A DNA stretch of 64,000 nucleotides from Turneriella sp. Lineage in GTDB: Bacteria > Spirochaetota > Leptospiria > Turneriellales > Turneriellaceae. The notes under the pieces are model-generated. The model made no database searches and was not told the origin of the DNA. It saw nothing but the letters and a program-made list of their open reading frames with translations. Below are positions 37,969 to 47,718 of this stretch, piece by piece; position 1 is the stretch's first letter, and each line of letters starts with the position of its first letter. The stretch covers positions 3,424,001 through 3,488,000 of the forward strand of contig CBDIID010000003.1 of the NCBI GenBank assembly GCA_965279515.1. Direction: 5' to 3'. The position numbers and the translations under genes are program-made.

Positions 37969-38061
37969 GAGCCGCAAAATCCGGAAAGCCCCGCAGTTTG
38001 CTGCGCAAACCGCTGCTAAAGCGCTTCGCTGCTTTCCGGTTTTGCGGTTCAACAGGTTGCT
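37951..38061. mobile_element. 111-bp MITE-like inverted-repeat element
   Basis: Perfect 14-bp terminal IR AGCAACCTGTTGAA / TTCAACAGGTTGCT plus inner IR CCGCAAAA(T)CCGGAAAGC / GCTTTCCGGTTTTGCGG. Confidence 0.68.
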
Positions 38062-38084
38062 AACTCGGCGCAGACGCCCAGTTA

Positions 38085-38819
38085 TTAATTCTTTACGCCG
38101 ACCTGTTCGGCCGTGCCGCCGGATGAAGTCGTTGTCGGCGCCGAGGTGCCCGTCGCGCCCATTTCAATCTTGAATTGTTTCACGAGTTCCGCTGCGCGGA
38201 TCTTCTCGGCGTCGGCTTCAATTTTTGCTCTTGAGCCATCGCCCTTATTCAATGCCATGTCGAGTTTCGCGTCGGCGACTGCGCCATCGCGTTCGATGCG
38301 GCGGACCATTTCATCATGCGTGTGATCGACACCGCCGGCGGTGAATTGTTCCATTGTGTCGGCGACTTCTTTTTGCCACTGTGCGCGCTTCGCCTGTTCG
38401 ATCGCGGCCAGCGCCTCTTTTGTTTTACGGTCGAGTTCTTTCATAAATGCTACCTTCGCCTCTTCGCCTTTCACGGCCGCGGCATTGGCCTGGGCCAGCT
38501 GCATTTCGAGCTGTGAAACCTGTGCTTTGTTTTGTTCGAGTTGCAGGGCGTATTCGCCGGCGATATCTTCGCGGTTCTGGCCAATGGCTGCTTTAATGTT
38601 CGCAACTTGTTTTGCCTGCTCGGTTTCGAGTTTCTGTTTCTCTTTGCCGATCAGGATTGCGTTCGCCTTAAGTTTGGCGATATTCTCGTTCATTTTGGGT
38701 ACTTTATCGCGCATGTCGCGCATGTTCTGCTCAAGAATAAGGGCGGGATCTTCCATTTCAGAAATCCAGCCGCCGAAGATGGAGCGCAGTGCGCGCTTAA
38801 AACGTTGCCATAAACTCAT
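38085..38819 (-). CDS. pspA: PspA/IM30 family protein
   Basis: N-terminal amphipathic helix, MEDPALILEQNMRDM, extended coiled coil. Confidence 0.9.
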   Translation of the reverse strand: MSLWQRFKRALRSIFGGWISEMEDPALILEQNMRDMRDKVPKMNENIAKLKANAILIGKEKQKLETEQAKQVANIKAAIGQNREDIAGEYALQLEQNKAQVSQLEMQLAQANAAAVKGEEAKVAFMKELDRKTKEALAAIEQAKRAQWQKEVADTMEQFTAGGVDHTHDEMVRRIERDGAVADAKLDMALNKGDGSRAKIEADAEKIRAAELVKQFKIEMGATGTSAPTTTSSGGTAEQVGVKN

Positions 38820-38917
38820 GGGTTACCTTACGCCTGCTTTCACGCGGGGCAAGCATTTTCCATGTGCAGTCAAAACTGGGTTCCAAACCTGAGCAAGGAA
38901 CGGTCTCTGCCCGAAGA

Positions 38918-39424
38918 ATGTTCTATGCCATCACTATTACACAGTTCACAAAAATGCTGCAGAATCTGAGTAAGATTCTCGACAAAGCGGCGCACGAGGC
39001 AGAGGCGCGCAAGGTCGATTTTTCGGTTTACCTGAATTCACGCCTTGCGCCCGATCAGTTTAACCTGACGCGCCAGGTGCAGATTGCCTGCGATACCGCG
39101 AAGATGTGCGCGGCTCGCCTTACTGGTAAAGAAGCACCGGTGCACGAAGACAATGAAAAGACCCTCGCGGAACTCAAAGAGCGGATTCAGAAAGTCGTGA
39201 CCTACCTCGCCACATTTTCAGAAGCGGACTACAAAGATTCCGCCACGATCAAAGTCTCGCAGCCGCGCTGGGAAGGGAAATACCTGACAGGAACCGAGTT
39301 CGCGATTCAGCATGCCATCCCCAACATGTACTTTCATGTTACAACGGCGTATGCTATTTTACGGCATAATGGTATCACGATCGGTAAGAAAGATTATCTA
39401 GGCGAAATGCCTTACAAGACCTGA
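38918..39424 (+). CDS. DUF1993 family protein
   Basis: SRLAPDQFNLTRQVQIACD, PNMYFHVTTAYAILRHNG..IGKKDY. Confidence 0.92.
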   Translation: MFYAITITQFTKMLQNLSKILDKAAHEAEARKVDFSVYLNSRLAPDQFNLTRQVQIACDTAKMCAARLTGKEAPVHEDNEKTLAELKERIQKVVTYLATFSEADYKDSATIKVSQPRWEGKYLTGTEFAIQHAIPNMYFHVTTAYAILRHNGITIGKKDYLGEMPYKT

Positions 39425-40096
39425 TCAGCGCAGCATAATTCTGATGGTGGGTGCGATCAGAAGCCCCGCCAGAACACCGCTCACGAGCCCGCCGACATGC
39501 GCGGCGTTATCGATGCCGGTGCTGATAAACCCCAGAAATAAATTAATGCCGATGAATATGGCGCCGCTCTGCAAAGTCTGCCGGCGCGCCGAAGGCGCCA
39601 CGAGGTCTCTGCGCAACCAGATCACCACCAGGAAAAAACCGTAGATCGCAAAAACGGCACCCGAGGCGCCGATACTGATGCCGGGATGGGGGCGCAGCAT
39701 GTTATACCCCAGGCTGGCGGCGCTGGCGATGAGGCCGCACACAATATAAATCGCCAGATACCTGGTTTTGCCGCAGAGGAATTCCACCATGCTGCCTACG
39801 GAATACAGGGAATACATGTTGATCGCCAGGTGCATCAGGCTGCCGTGCAGGAACATCGAGGTGAAGAGCCGCCAGAATTCCCTTTCACCAAACGTCAGCG
39901 GCGCAAAGTTCGCTCCCCACTCCACAAGAAGAAGACCACCCGGGTTCATAATGTTGCCACCCTGGAGCGCAACGAGAAGATACGCGACGACATTGAGCGC
40001 GATCAGGGAAAACGTGATTTTTGAATTTTGAAAAGTATTCACCGGTTGGGTTTCTGTGCCATTTGGCGCTTTGTGACGTAAAGCACGTTGCTCCAT
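39425..40096 (-). CDS. rhomboid intramembrane serine protease
   Basis: WRLFTSMFLH, GASGAVF, DNAAHVGG. Confidence 0.95.
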   Translation of the reverse strand: MEQRALRHKAPNGTETQPVNTFQNSKITFSLIALNVVAYLLVALQGGNIMNPGGLLLVEWGANFAPLTFGEREFWRLFTSMFLHGSLMHLAINMYSLYSVGSMVEFLCGKTRYLAIYIVCGLIASAASLGYNMLRPHPGISIGASGAVFAIYGFFLVVIWLRRDLVAPSARRQTLQSGAIFIGINLFLGFISTGIDNAAHVGGLVSGVLAGLLIAPTIRIMLR

Positions 40097-40191
40097 GGAA
40101 ATTTCAAACCATGAATATCTTTGACTGCATGAATCCCTAATGGTTACGGAATGTCTATGACTCGGAACATTTTATAGAACCTTCGCCGTCG

Positions 40192-42453
40192 GTGCGTATC
40201 GCCTTCATCGGCGACTACGTGCCGCGCCTGTGCGGCATCGCGACATTCACGCGCGATCTCTGTGAGGCGGTGGCATCCGCAGCCCCTTCTGCGGATTGTT
40301 TTGTTGGCGCCGTCAATGACCATGCCGAGGGTTATGATTACCCGCCGCGCGTGCGTTTCGAGATCATTGAAAAAGACATTGAATCGTACCGCCGTGCCGC
40401 AGATTTCCTGAATTTTAACAACGTCGAAGTTTTATCGATTCAGCATGAATTTGGCATCTATGGCGGGCCGGCGGGCAGCCATCTTCTCGCACTTTTAAAA
40501 GAAGTGCGGATGCCCGTCGTTACGACTCTGCATACCATACTCAGGGAGCCCAATGCGCAGCAGCGTCTTGTGATGGATGAGCTCATCAGGCGCAGCGACC
40601 GTCTCGTTGTCATGGCGCACAAGGGGGCCGATTTTTTGCGCGAAATCTATGGCGTCAAAGAAAACAAGATTGACGTCGTCGCGCACGGCATTCCCGATAT
40701 CCCGTTCTCAGATTCTATTCTGTATAAACACCAGTTCGGCGTCGAGGGGCAAAAGGTGCTTTTCACTTTTGGGTTGCTGGGACCTGCGAAGGGGATTGAA
40801 TTTGTGATCCGGGCGTTGCCTGAAATTATTACCCAGCATCACGATGTGGTTTATCTCGTGCTGGGCGCGACGCACCCCAATTTGCTGGCGAGCGAGGGCG
40901 AAAGTTACCGACTGAGTCTCGAGCGCCTCGCCGAAGACTTGGGTGTGAAGCAGCATGTCATCTTCTACAACCGCTTTGTTTCGCCCGAAGATTTGCGCGA
41001 GTTTATCGGCGCGTCGGATATCTACCTTACCCCCTACCTGAACGAGGCACAGATTACCTCGGGTACGCTCGCTTACGTCTTCGGTGCCGGCAAAGCCGTC
41101 ATCTCGACGCCTTACTGGCATGCGAGCGAACTTCTCGCCGACGGCCGCGGCATGCTTGTACCGTTCCGCGACCCCGCGGCAATTGCCCGGGCGGTTTCAG
41201 AATTCCTGAATTTTCCCGCGCGCTGGGAAGAGGTTCGTAAGACAGCGTATGAAATCGGGCGAGGAATGATCTGGCCCGCTATTGCAAAAAAATATCTCGC
41301 TGTTTTCAATCATGCCCGTTCAGACCGCCTGCAAAAACCGCGGCGCGCGTTTGCAGAATGGACTCTCGAAAGCCGTTCGCAGCAATTGCCGCCGTTGAAA
41401 CTCGACCACCTCGCGCGGATGACCGACCGCACGGGGATTTTCCAGCATGCTGTATTTACAGTGCCGAATTTTTCGGAAGGATATTGCACCGACGACAATG
41501 CACGCGCCTATATTCTCTGCAATCTGCTCGATCAGCTCGGCGGTCAGCCGCCCTCCCGTAACCTCGATAAACTCGCGTCGACATATCTTGCATTCTTATG
41601 GAATTCCCTGGCTCCGGGGACGACGCGTTTCCGGAATTTTATGAGCCATAGCCGCATCTGGCTGAATGAGGCTGGCAGCGAAGACGGTCATGCGCGCGCC
41701 TTGTGGGCCGCCGGCACCGGTGTCGGCCGCTCACGCAACGAAGGCCACCGGAATCTATGCGGATTAATGTTTGCGCGCGCCTTGCCGCTCGTCGCGAAGT
41801 TCACTTCGCCGCGGGCATGGGCCTTTGCACTACTGGCCATCCATGAATATCTCAGCCGCTTCTCGGGTGACAGTGCCATGAATGCGATGCGCACGTTGCT
41901 GACACAGAAGCTGGTCCAGAGATGGAAAGATGCGTCGCGCCCTGACTGGTTATGGTTTGAATCCACCGTAACCTATGACAATGCACGCCTCTCACAGGCA
42001 TTGATTCTGAGCGGCCGCTGGATGCCCGACAAAGAAGCGCTCGAGATTGGACTCAAATCACTGTCGTGGCTGGCAGAGGTGCAAAAGGCCCCCGGCGGGC
42101 ATTTTCGCCCGATAGGCAGCAACGGTTTTTTTGAGCGCGATGGTGTGCGCTCCGTGTATGACCAGCAACCGCTCGAGGCGAATGCGATGATATCTGCCTG
42201 CTTTGAGGCCTACCGCGCGACGCAGGATGCCGCCTGGCCGGTTCTGGCGAAAAAAACCTTCGAGTGGTTTCTGGGCAGAAACGATCTCGGGATTTCACTC
42301 TATGATCCCGGCTCGGGCGGCTGCCGCGACGGCCTGCATCCCGATCGCGCGAATGAAAACCAGGGTGCGGAGTCGACGCTCGCCTTTCATCTTTCGCTCG
42401 CTGAAATGAATTTTGCCGCGCACGCCATTATCGATCAGGTCGTGCCTGTATGA
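40192..42453 (+). CDS. GT4 glycosyltransferase fused to a C-terminal glycosidase-like helical domain
   Basis: PRLCGIATF, QHEFGIYGG, ITSGTL, VISTPYWHA; C-terminal GYCTDDNARA, DQQPLEA, NQGAESTL. Confidence 0.9.
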   Translation: MRIAFIGDYVPRLCGIATFTRDLCEAVASAAPSADCFVGAVNDHAEGYDYPPRVRFEIIEKDIESYRRAADFLNFNNVEVLSIQHEFGIYGGPAGSHLLALLKEVRMPVVTTLHTILREPNAQQRLVMDELIRRSDRLVVMAHKGADFLREIYGVKENKIDVVAHGIPDIPFSDSILYKHQFGVEGQKVLFTFGLLGPAKGIEFVIRALPEIITQHHDVVYLVLGATHPNLLASEGESYRLSLERLAEDLGVKQHVIFYNRFVSPEDLREFIGASDIYLTPYLNEAQITSGTLAYVFGAGKAVISTPYWHASELLADGRGMLVPFRDPAAIARAVSEFLNFPARWEEVRKTAYEIGRGMIWPAIAKKYLAVFNHARSDRLQKPRRAFAEWTLESRSQQLPPLKLDHLARMTDRTGIFQHAVFTVPNFSEGYCTDDNARAYILCNLLDQLGGQPPSRNLDKLASTYLAFLWNSLAPGTTRFRNFMSHSRIWLNEAGSEDGHARALWAAGTGVGRSRNEGHRNLCGLMFARALPLVAKFTSPRAWAFALLAIHEYLSRFSGDSAMNAMRTLLTQKLVQRWKDASRPDWLWFESTVTYDNARLSQALILSGRWMPDKEALEIGLKSLSWLAEVQKAPGGHFRPIGSNGFFERDGVRSVYDQQPLEANAMISACFEAYRATQDAAWPVLAKKTFEWFLGRNDLGISLYDPGSGGCRDGLHPDRANENQGAESTLAFHLSLAEMNFAAHAIIDQVVPV

Positions 42454-43715
42454 CAGCCGTGAAGATCCGCCGGCAGATGACCTTCTTACCCGACAGCGCC
42501 CGGGTAATCATCCGTCCTTTTATTCCGGCGGAAGTCACCCAGATCTCGAATATCATCGCACGCGCGCTGGCTTTAGATGATGAAGAGACAGAAACCGAAC
42601 TCGATATTGTGCGCGCTGAATTTGATTCACGGCATTTTGATATTGAATCGTTGCTTTTGGCGCATTATGAAAAGATCAGGCAGCATATCGCGCATCCGGA
42701 ATTCCTTTCACCTTCGCGCCGGCTGCTGATAGGCGCGCTGTTCTCGGGTGAATACGCGCTCGAATCGGCAGCGCTGTTTAACCCGTCGATTGTACCGCAT
42801 CCCGACCAGAGCGGCCTGGTCGAAGGTTCGCTGCGTTATATCATGAGCCTCAGGGCTACGGGAGAAGGGCATATCTCTTCGATTGAATTCCGTACGGGTA
42901 TTATCACGAGCGAAGGCAAGGTCAGTGTCGAACCGGTTTCACCGTATGTGACAGTGCCGGAAGTTTCACTCGCGCCTGGCTGCGAATATGAGTTGCATTT
43001 TGATTCGAAGCTGGCGATGAGCGAGCGCATCATTTTTCCCGTTTCAGCCAGCGAAAGCAATGGCATTGAAGATGCGCGTTTCGTCCGTTTCAACCATGAC
43101 GACAAACGTGTGATGTATTATGCTACGTATACCGCATACAATGGCCGCGAGATCACCCCGCAATTTATCGAGACTGCGGATTTCCGGAATTTTCGCATGC
43201 TGACCCTGAAAGGGAATGCAGTCCGCAACAAGGGTATGGCACTTTTTCCACGACGCGTGAACGGCAAGTTCGCGATGGTTTCGCGCCAGGATGATGAGAA
43301 TCTCTATATTATGTTTTCCGACGATCTCTATACCTGGAATGACATGCAGCTTTTGCGGAAACCGCAGCTGGCATGGGAGCTGGTGAAGACCGGCAATTGC
43401 GGATCGCCGATTGAGACCTCTGCGGGTTGGCTTTTGATCACGCACGGTGTCGGTCCGATGCGCAAGTATTGTTTAGGCGCAATACTCCTGGATAAGCAGG
43501 ATCCCACCCAGGTCATCGGCAGTCTCAGGGAACCGCTGCTCAAACCCGAAGGCAGCGAACGTGAAGGTTATGTGCCGAACGTTGTTTATAGTTGTGGTTC
43601 GCTGATCCATGGCCGCGACCTTGTTCTCGCGTATGCCATGAGCGATATCATCTCCGTGATTGCGACCCTGAAGGTCGATGACCTCATCGCCGCGTTGACC
43701 CGGCATCGCGGCTGA
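42450..43715 (+). CDS. glycoside hydrolase family 130 protein
   Basis: NGIEDARFV, YATYTAY, KGMALFPR, THGVGPMRKY, EREGYVPNVVYSCG. Confidence 0.9.
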   Translation: MTAVKIRRQMTFLPDSARVIIRPFIPAEVTQISNIIARALALDDEETETELDIVRAEFDSRHFDIESLLLAHYEKIRQHIAHPEFLSPSRRLLIGALFSGEYALESAALFNPSIVPHPDQSGLVEGSLRYIMSLRATGEGHISSIEFRTGIITSEGKVSVEPVSPYVTVPEVSLAPGCEYELHFDSKLAMSERIIFPVSASESNGIEDARFVRFNHDDKRVMYYATYTAYNGREITPQFIETADFRNFRMLTLKGNAVRNKGMALFPRRVNGKFAMVSRQDDENLYIMFSDDLYTWNDMQLLRKPQLAWELVKTGNCGSPIETSAGWLLITHGVGPMRKYCLGAILLDKQDPTQVIGSLREPLLKPEGSEREGYVPNVVYSCGSLIHGRDLVLAYAMSDIISVIATLKVDDLIAALTRHRG

Positions 43716-43716
43716 T

Positions 43717-44847
43717 TCAGATTAAAACCAGATGTACAAACTTCAGGTAGCGCTGCTCGTGCGAGCTGTGCAGAAACGGATGGTCGGGCGCCTGGCCCGA
43801 GACGCGCAGAATCTGTCCGCGCCGGCGTGCCAGTGACATTGCCTCGCGGATGATCTCGAAAAAATCTTCAAATGAAATATGGCTCGAGCACGAGCTCAGC
43901 GACAACTGGCCGCCGGCGATGACGCGTTTTGCCGATGCAGCAAAAAGTTCGGTATACTTCGCCACCGCGCGCTCTTTCTGTTCTTCGCTGTGCCCCATCG
44001 ACGGCGGGTCGACGATGACATGATCCCATTTTTCTTCGGCACCATTGAGGTATTCAAACACGTCGACGGCTAAACCCTCGTGCTTTTCTTTGGGCAGGCC
44101 GTTTAACAGCCAGTTCTCCTCAGAGCTGCGGATCGCCCCCTCTGCGACATCAAGGCTTGCGACCCTGGTTGCACCGCCGAGCCCCGCGTAGACGGAAAAG
44201 CCGCCGGTATAGCTGAAGAGATTGAGCACCGATTTGCCGCGGCTGATCGAACGCACGTACTGCCGGTTGTCACGCTGGTCTAAAAAGAAACCGGTCTTCT
44301 GTCCCTTGTCGATGTCGACGTTGAAGGCAACGCCGTTTTCGCGGATTTCCAGCACCGGGGCGGAGGGCTCTCCCGCGAGAACTTTGAGCTCGCCCTCGGC
44401 ATTGCGCCGGCTTTTCTCGACGACGGATTTGACCCTGACGTTTTTAAAAATCCAGTCGGCAATATGTGGCTTATCCCAGAATTCCGATGGACCGCGGCCG
44501 TCGAATTGCACCACCGCTGTCGGGCCATAGATGTCACAGACGAGTCCCGGCAGAAAGTCAGCCTCACCGTTGATGAGCCGGAACGCGGTAGTGTTTTCCA
44601 GGTTGAGATTGTTGCGCAGATCGAGCGCACGTTGCAGCTGCTTATCGAAGTACGCGGCATTGGGCGGCTTTTTCTCGAGGCTCAGCATGCGCAGTGAAAG
44701 CGGGCCATGGGGATCATACATCGCCCAGCCAAGTTCATCCCCCTTGTTATCGAGCACGCAGACCATCTGCGCGGCTTCGACTTTGGGCGGCTGCGCGAGC
44801 GCTTCGCGGTAGATCCAGGGATGGCCGCGCAGAAGCACGCGGCGCAA
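43717..44847 (-). CDS. RlmI-like rRNA m5C SAM-dependent methyltransferase
   Basis: GHPWIY, GQKTGFFLDQRDNR, VLNLFSYTGGFS, VIVDPPS; start uncertain. Confidence 0.92.
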   Translation of the reverse strand: MRRVLLRGHPWIYREALAQPPKVEAAQMVCVLDNKGDELGWAMYDPHGPLSLRMLSLEKKPPNAAYFDKQLQRALDLRNNLNLENTTAFRLINGEADFLPGLVCDIYGPTAVVQFDGRGPSEFWDKPHIADWIFKNVRVKSVVEKSRRNAEGELKVLAGEPSAPVLEIRENGVAFNVDIDKGQKTGFFLDQRDNRQYVRSISRGKSVLNLFSYTGGFSVYAGLGGATRVASLDVAEGAIRSSEENWLLNGLPKEKHEGLAVDVFEYLNGAEEKWDHVIVDPPSMGHSEEQKERAVAKYTELFAASAKRVIAGGQLSLSSCSSHISFEDFFEIIREAMSLARRRGQILRVSGQAPDHPFLHSSHEQRYLKFVHLVLI

Positions 44848-44925
44848 ATTTCGGTTGAGCTTAATCTTTAACAGAGGTTGCCAAGGCCCGGAGATTAAAC
44901 TGCTTCGTCCAGCCCAATCCTGCGC

Positions 44926-45096
44926 TTAGCGGGCTTTTTTAATGGCTTCGACCGTCGTGGCCAATACCTTCGCAATTTCGTCATCCGTGAGTTCAAAGCG
45001 ATCAAGAATTTCGACTTGTACGGCCAGGCTTGCCGTCATTTGATTGAGTACACAAAGATATGCCAACATCAACCGTACCGAACTATCTGCTTTCAT
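44926..45096 (-). CDS. small hypothetical protein, HTH-like C-terminus
   Basis: AAGGA RBS; MKADSSVRL...LTDDEIAKVLATTVEAIKKAR. Confidence 0.6.
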   Translation of the reverse strand: MKADSSVRLMLAYLCVLNQMTASLAVQVEILDRFELTDDEIAKVLATTVEAIKKAR

Positions 45097-45185
45097 GGGG
45101 AGTCCTTGAGGGAAAATTCGCCGGAGCGGCGTCGGGCAATAGTTCTCCCTCAACCGCCCCGTCAATAGATCGCCCTAAATTCGCG

Positions 45186-45656
45186 CTAGCGCGATAGAAA
45201 ATGAAACAGCGTGTCGTTCGCCCCGGTTCTGCGGCTCTGCTCGAGTTTCGCGTCCACCGAGAGCGGCCCGCCACCCACCACCGCGAGAATCACGTGGACG
45301 ATGAGGAGCATCACGACAAATTCGAGATCGGCGCCGTTACTGAAAAATCCCTCGCGCAGATGCACCAGGAGTACAGCCCCCGTCAGAATCGGAATCTGCA
45401 TAGCCGCCGCAAGACGCGTGATGAGCCCCATCATCAGCATCAATCCGCCGGCCAAATGCGCAAGGCCAATATACTGGGCGAGGCCCTGGTGTATCCCGAA
45501 GCCGATATGGTTTTGTTCCATAATCTTGATGAGCGTGTCCATGTTCGAGATAAAAAATACACCCTTCGCAAAAATCACCACCCCCGCCAGCATGCGCACG
45601 ATATCGAAAGCGTAAGGGTAACCTTTGTCAGCTCTTTCTTTCCAGTGTTTTAGCAT
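45186..45656 (-). CDS. DoxX family membrane protein
   Basis: GLITRLAA, GGGPLSVD, four TM segments. Confidence 0.9.
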   Translation of the reverse strand: MLKHWKERADKGYPYAFDIVRMLAGVVIFAKGVFFISNMDTLIKIMEQNHIGFGIHQGLAQYIGLAHLAGGLMLMMGLITRLAAAMQIPILTGAVLLVHLREGFFSNGADLEFVVMLLIVHVILAVVGGGPLSVDAKLEQSRRTGANDTLFHFLSR

Positions 45657-45763
45657 AGTATCCCCCTTCGACGGGAAGGTACATGGTTCAGCGGAGCGCA
45701 GCCATTAAAACAGAAGACATTGCTGTCATTTGATTCAGGCCGCGTGAAAGGTTTGCAGCCTGA

Positions 45764-46366
45764 TTATTTTGCCCATGCCAAACCTTCATCGGCATACTTG
45801 TTATCGGGAGACATCAGCTTCACACGTTCGAAATTTTGCCGCGCGGGGGATTTTTTCCCCTGTTTCAGCTGTGCCCAACCCAAGCCCATGAGTACCGTCG
45901 CGTCAGAAGGGAAGTCAGTCGCGAGATCGGCATACTGTTTTTCCGAACGCGGGAAATCCCCCGCGAGATAATATGCATAGGCGAGCTTGATGCGCGCCGT
46001 GTAGTTCTTGGGATCGCTGCGCAGCACTGCCTGCGCGGCGAGTGCTGCTTCATTATATTTACCCAGCGCGATGAGCGGTAAGAGCTTGCCTAACCGCGGC
46101 TCGAGCGATTCTGGTTTGAGAAGCAGCGCGTTCTGGTAGAGCTCGAGCGAGCGTGTGAAATGCCCCGCGAGGTAGGCGAGGTAGCCGGCGCGCAACTGGT
46201 AAAAATATTCTTTGGGATTTTCGGCAATGAGTTTTTCACCCGCGGCAAATGCCTCATTATATTTGCCATAATATTCGAGTGTGTATGTACTCTGCAGCAC
46301 TGAGGGGTCTATCCCCCTGATGGCGGCAGGCGCGAGTGCGAAGATCATTGTCAGAATTTTTTTCAA
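45764..46366 (-). CDS. exported TPR protein
   Basis: TPR pattern; probable TTG start at 46366 overlapping the upstream TGA, with GGGAG RBS. Confidence 0.85.
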   Translation of the reverse strand: MKKILTMIFALAPAAIRGIDPSVLQSTYTLEYYGKYNEAFAAGEKLIAENPKEYFYQLRAGYLAYLAGHFTRSLELYQNALLLKPESLEPRLGKLLPLIALGKYNEAALAAQAVLRSDPKNYTARIKLAYAYYLAGDFPRSEKQYADLATDFPSDATVLMGLGWAQLKQGKKSPARQNFERVKLMSPDNKYADEGLAWAK

Positions 46367-47718
46367 AATAAACTCCCTGTTGCTGCGAATGAGATTGTAC
46401 CCGATGTCGGTGTGTCGCCGTTTAAAGCCTTCCATTGGCCATAGGTGTAAGCACCCGAAATTTCAAAATAAGGGGATGGCTTCCAGGCGAGACGGCCATA
46501 ACCCTGCACGGTCATCTCATCGAGGCTGTAGGTGAGAATGGCGCCGTTGTCGAAGAGCGGCGTGTAGAGGCTGCCGTAGAGCCCGCCTGCGGACAGGCAT
46601 AGCGTGCCGAGACAATAATGCAGTGCGGCGCCACCAGCCGCGTAGAAATTCGTCACCTGCGAGAAACGGATAGCCTGCACGGTGCCCGAAATTCCCAGCG
46701 AGAGGGATTTCGTCAGCGGAAACATATATTGCGGTGTCAGCGCCGCTCCTTTGTGACTCGAGAAGATCAGCACATCGCCGCCGATCGTGAACCGCGAGGT
46801 AATGTGGTTTTTATACGCGGCGCTGAGTGTCACCGCGTTGTTGAGGAGAGAATAATTCGAAGACAGATAGTGACCCGTGAAAGAGATCTGTGAGAGATCA
46901 GAGAATAAAACTGCCGATGAGAGTTTTGCTTCGCGCGTCTCATAACCCGTCGTCGACGCCGGGTTGCCGATATTGCTCTGTGCATAACCTGCACCGACGC
47001 TCAGGCCCGAATTGAAATTCCAGAGGCCGAATACGCCAGCGTCATAACCCGACGATTTCATGCGCGATCCGGAGAATGCAATATTCTGGTAATAAGGTAT
47101 CAGCTGGCCCGCGGGCGCATAACTCAGCGAACGCGCGCCGTACTGGTGCATGAGATCGGCATAGATATTTTCGGCGCTCGATGAATCACCGTTCTCTTTA
47201 TAAGCGCTCGCCATGCGCAGCTTTACCGGGTAGTTTTGCGGGTCGATGGCCAGTGCGGCGCGGCCCCATTGGATGCTCTCGCCGTATTTTTCGGCGCCTA
47301 AGAGCGCCCACTGCGCGCCGGCTTTAGAATCGAGGTTCTGCGAAATCGCGTCAGCTTTGAGATAATCTTCAGCCGCCGCGGCATATTCGCCGAGCATCAG
47401 GTTGCAATACGCTTTGTTGTTGAGCGCGGTGATGTACTGCGGTTCGGTTTCGAGGAGTTTTTGCCAGATATTGAGGGCCGCAAGATAGTTGCCGGATTGC
47501 ATTTCGGCGACAGCAGTGCTGACGGCGGTGGTGGCGGTGTTTGCGTGAAGAGTTTGAACCCAAAAAAATAAGAATAACGTGATTACTATCGCCCCACCCC
47601 GGCCTACGGCCACCCCTCCCCAATTCCAAGCTCCCTTCCCCCAGACTTGGGGAAGGCGCTTGCGGCAGGCGCAAGCCTGCGGGGGAAGGGGGCGTCCTAC
47701 CCCGCCGAAAGCACCCAT
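46363..47718 (-). CDS. TPR plus C-terminal beta-barrel-like protein; start uncertain because a repeat sits in the 5' end (alternative GTG at 47613)
   Basis: Signal-like IVITLFLFFWVQTLHA, TPRs, aromatic amphipathic strands, terminal Phe. Confidence 0.8.
   Translation of the reverse strand: MGAFGGVGRPLPPQACACRKRLPQVWGKGAWNWGGVAVGRGGAIVITLFLFFWVQTLHANTATTAVSTAVAEMQSGNYLAALNIWQKLLETEPQYITALNNKAYCNLMLGEYAAAAEDYLKADAISQNLDSKAGAQWALLGAEKYGESIQWGRAALAIDPQNYPVKLRMASAYKENGDSSSAENIYADLMHQYGARSLSYAPAGQLIPYYQNIAFSGSRMKSSGYDAGVFGLWNFNSGLSVGAGYAQSNIGNPASTTGYETREAKLSSAVLFSDLSQISFTGHYLSSNYSLLNNAVTLSAAYKNHITSRFTIGGDVLIFSSHKGAALTPQYMFPLTKSLSLGISGTVQAIRFSQVTNFYAAGGAALHYCLGTLCLSAGGLYGSLYTPLFDNGAILTYSLDEMTVQGYGRLAWKPSPYFEISGAYTYGQWKALNGDTPTSGTISFAATGSLF
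47592..47692. repeat. palindromic repeat unit at the junction of the transporter and TPR genes
   Basis: CCCCACCCCGGCCTACGGCCACCCCTCCCCA, then CCTTCCCCCAGACTTGGGGAAGG and GCAGGC-GCAA-GCCTGC. Confidence 0.85.
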
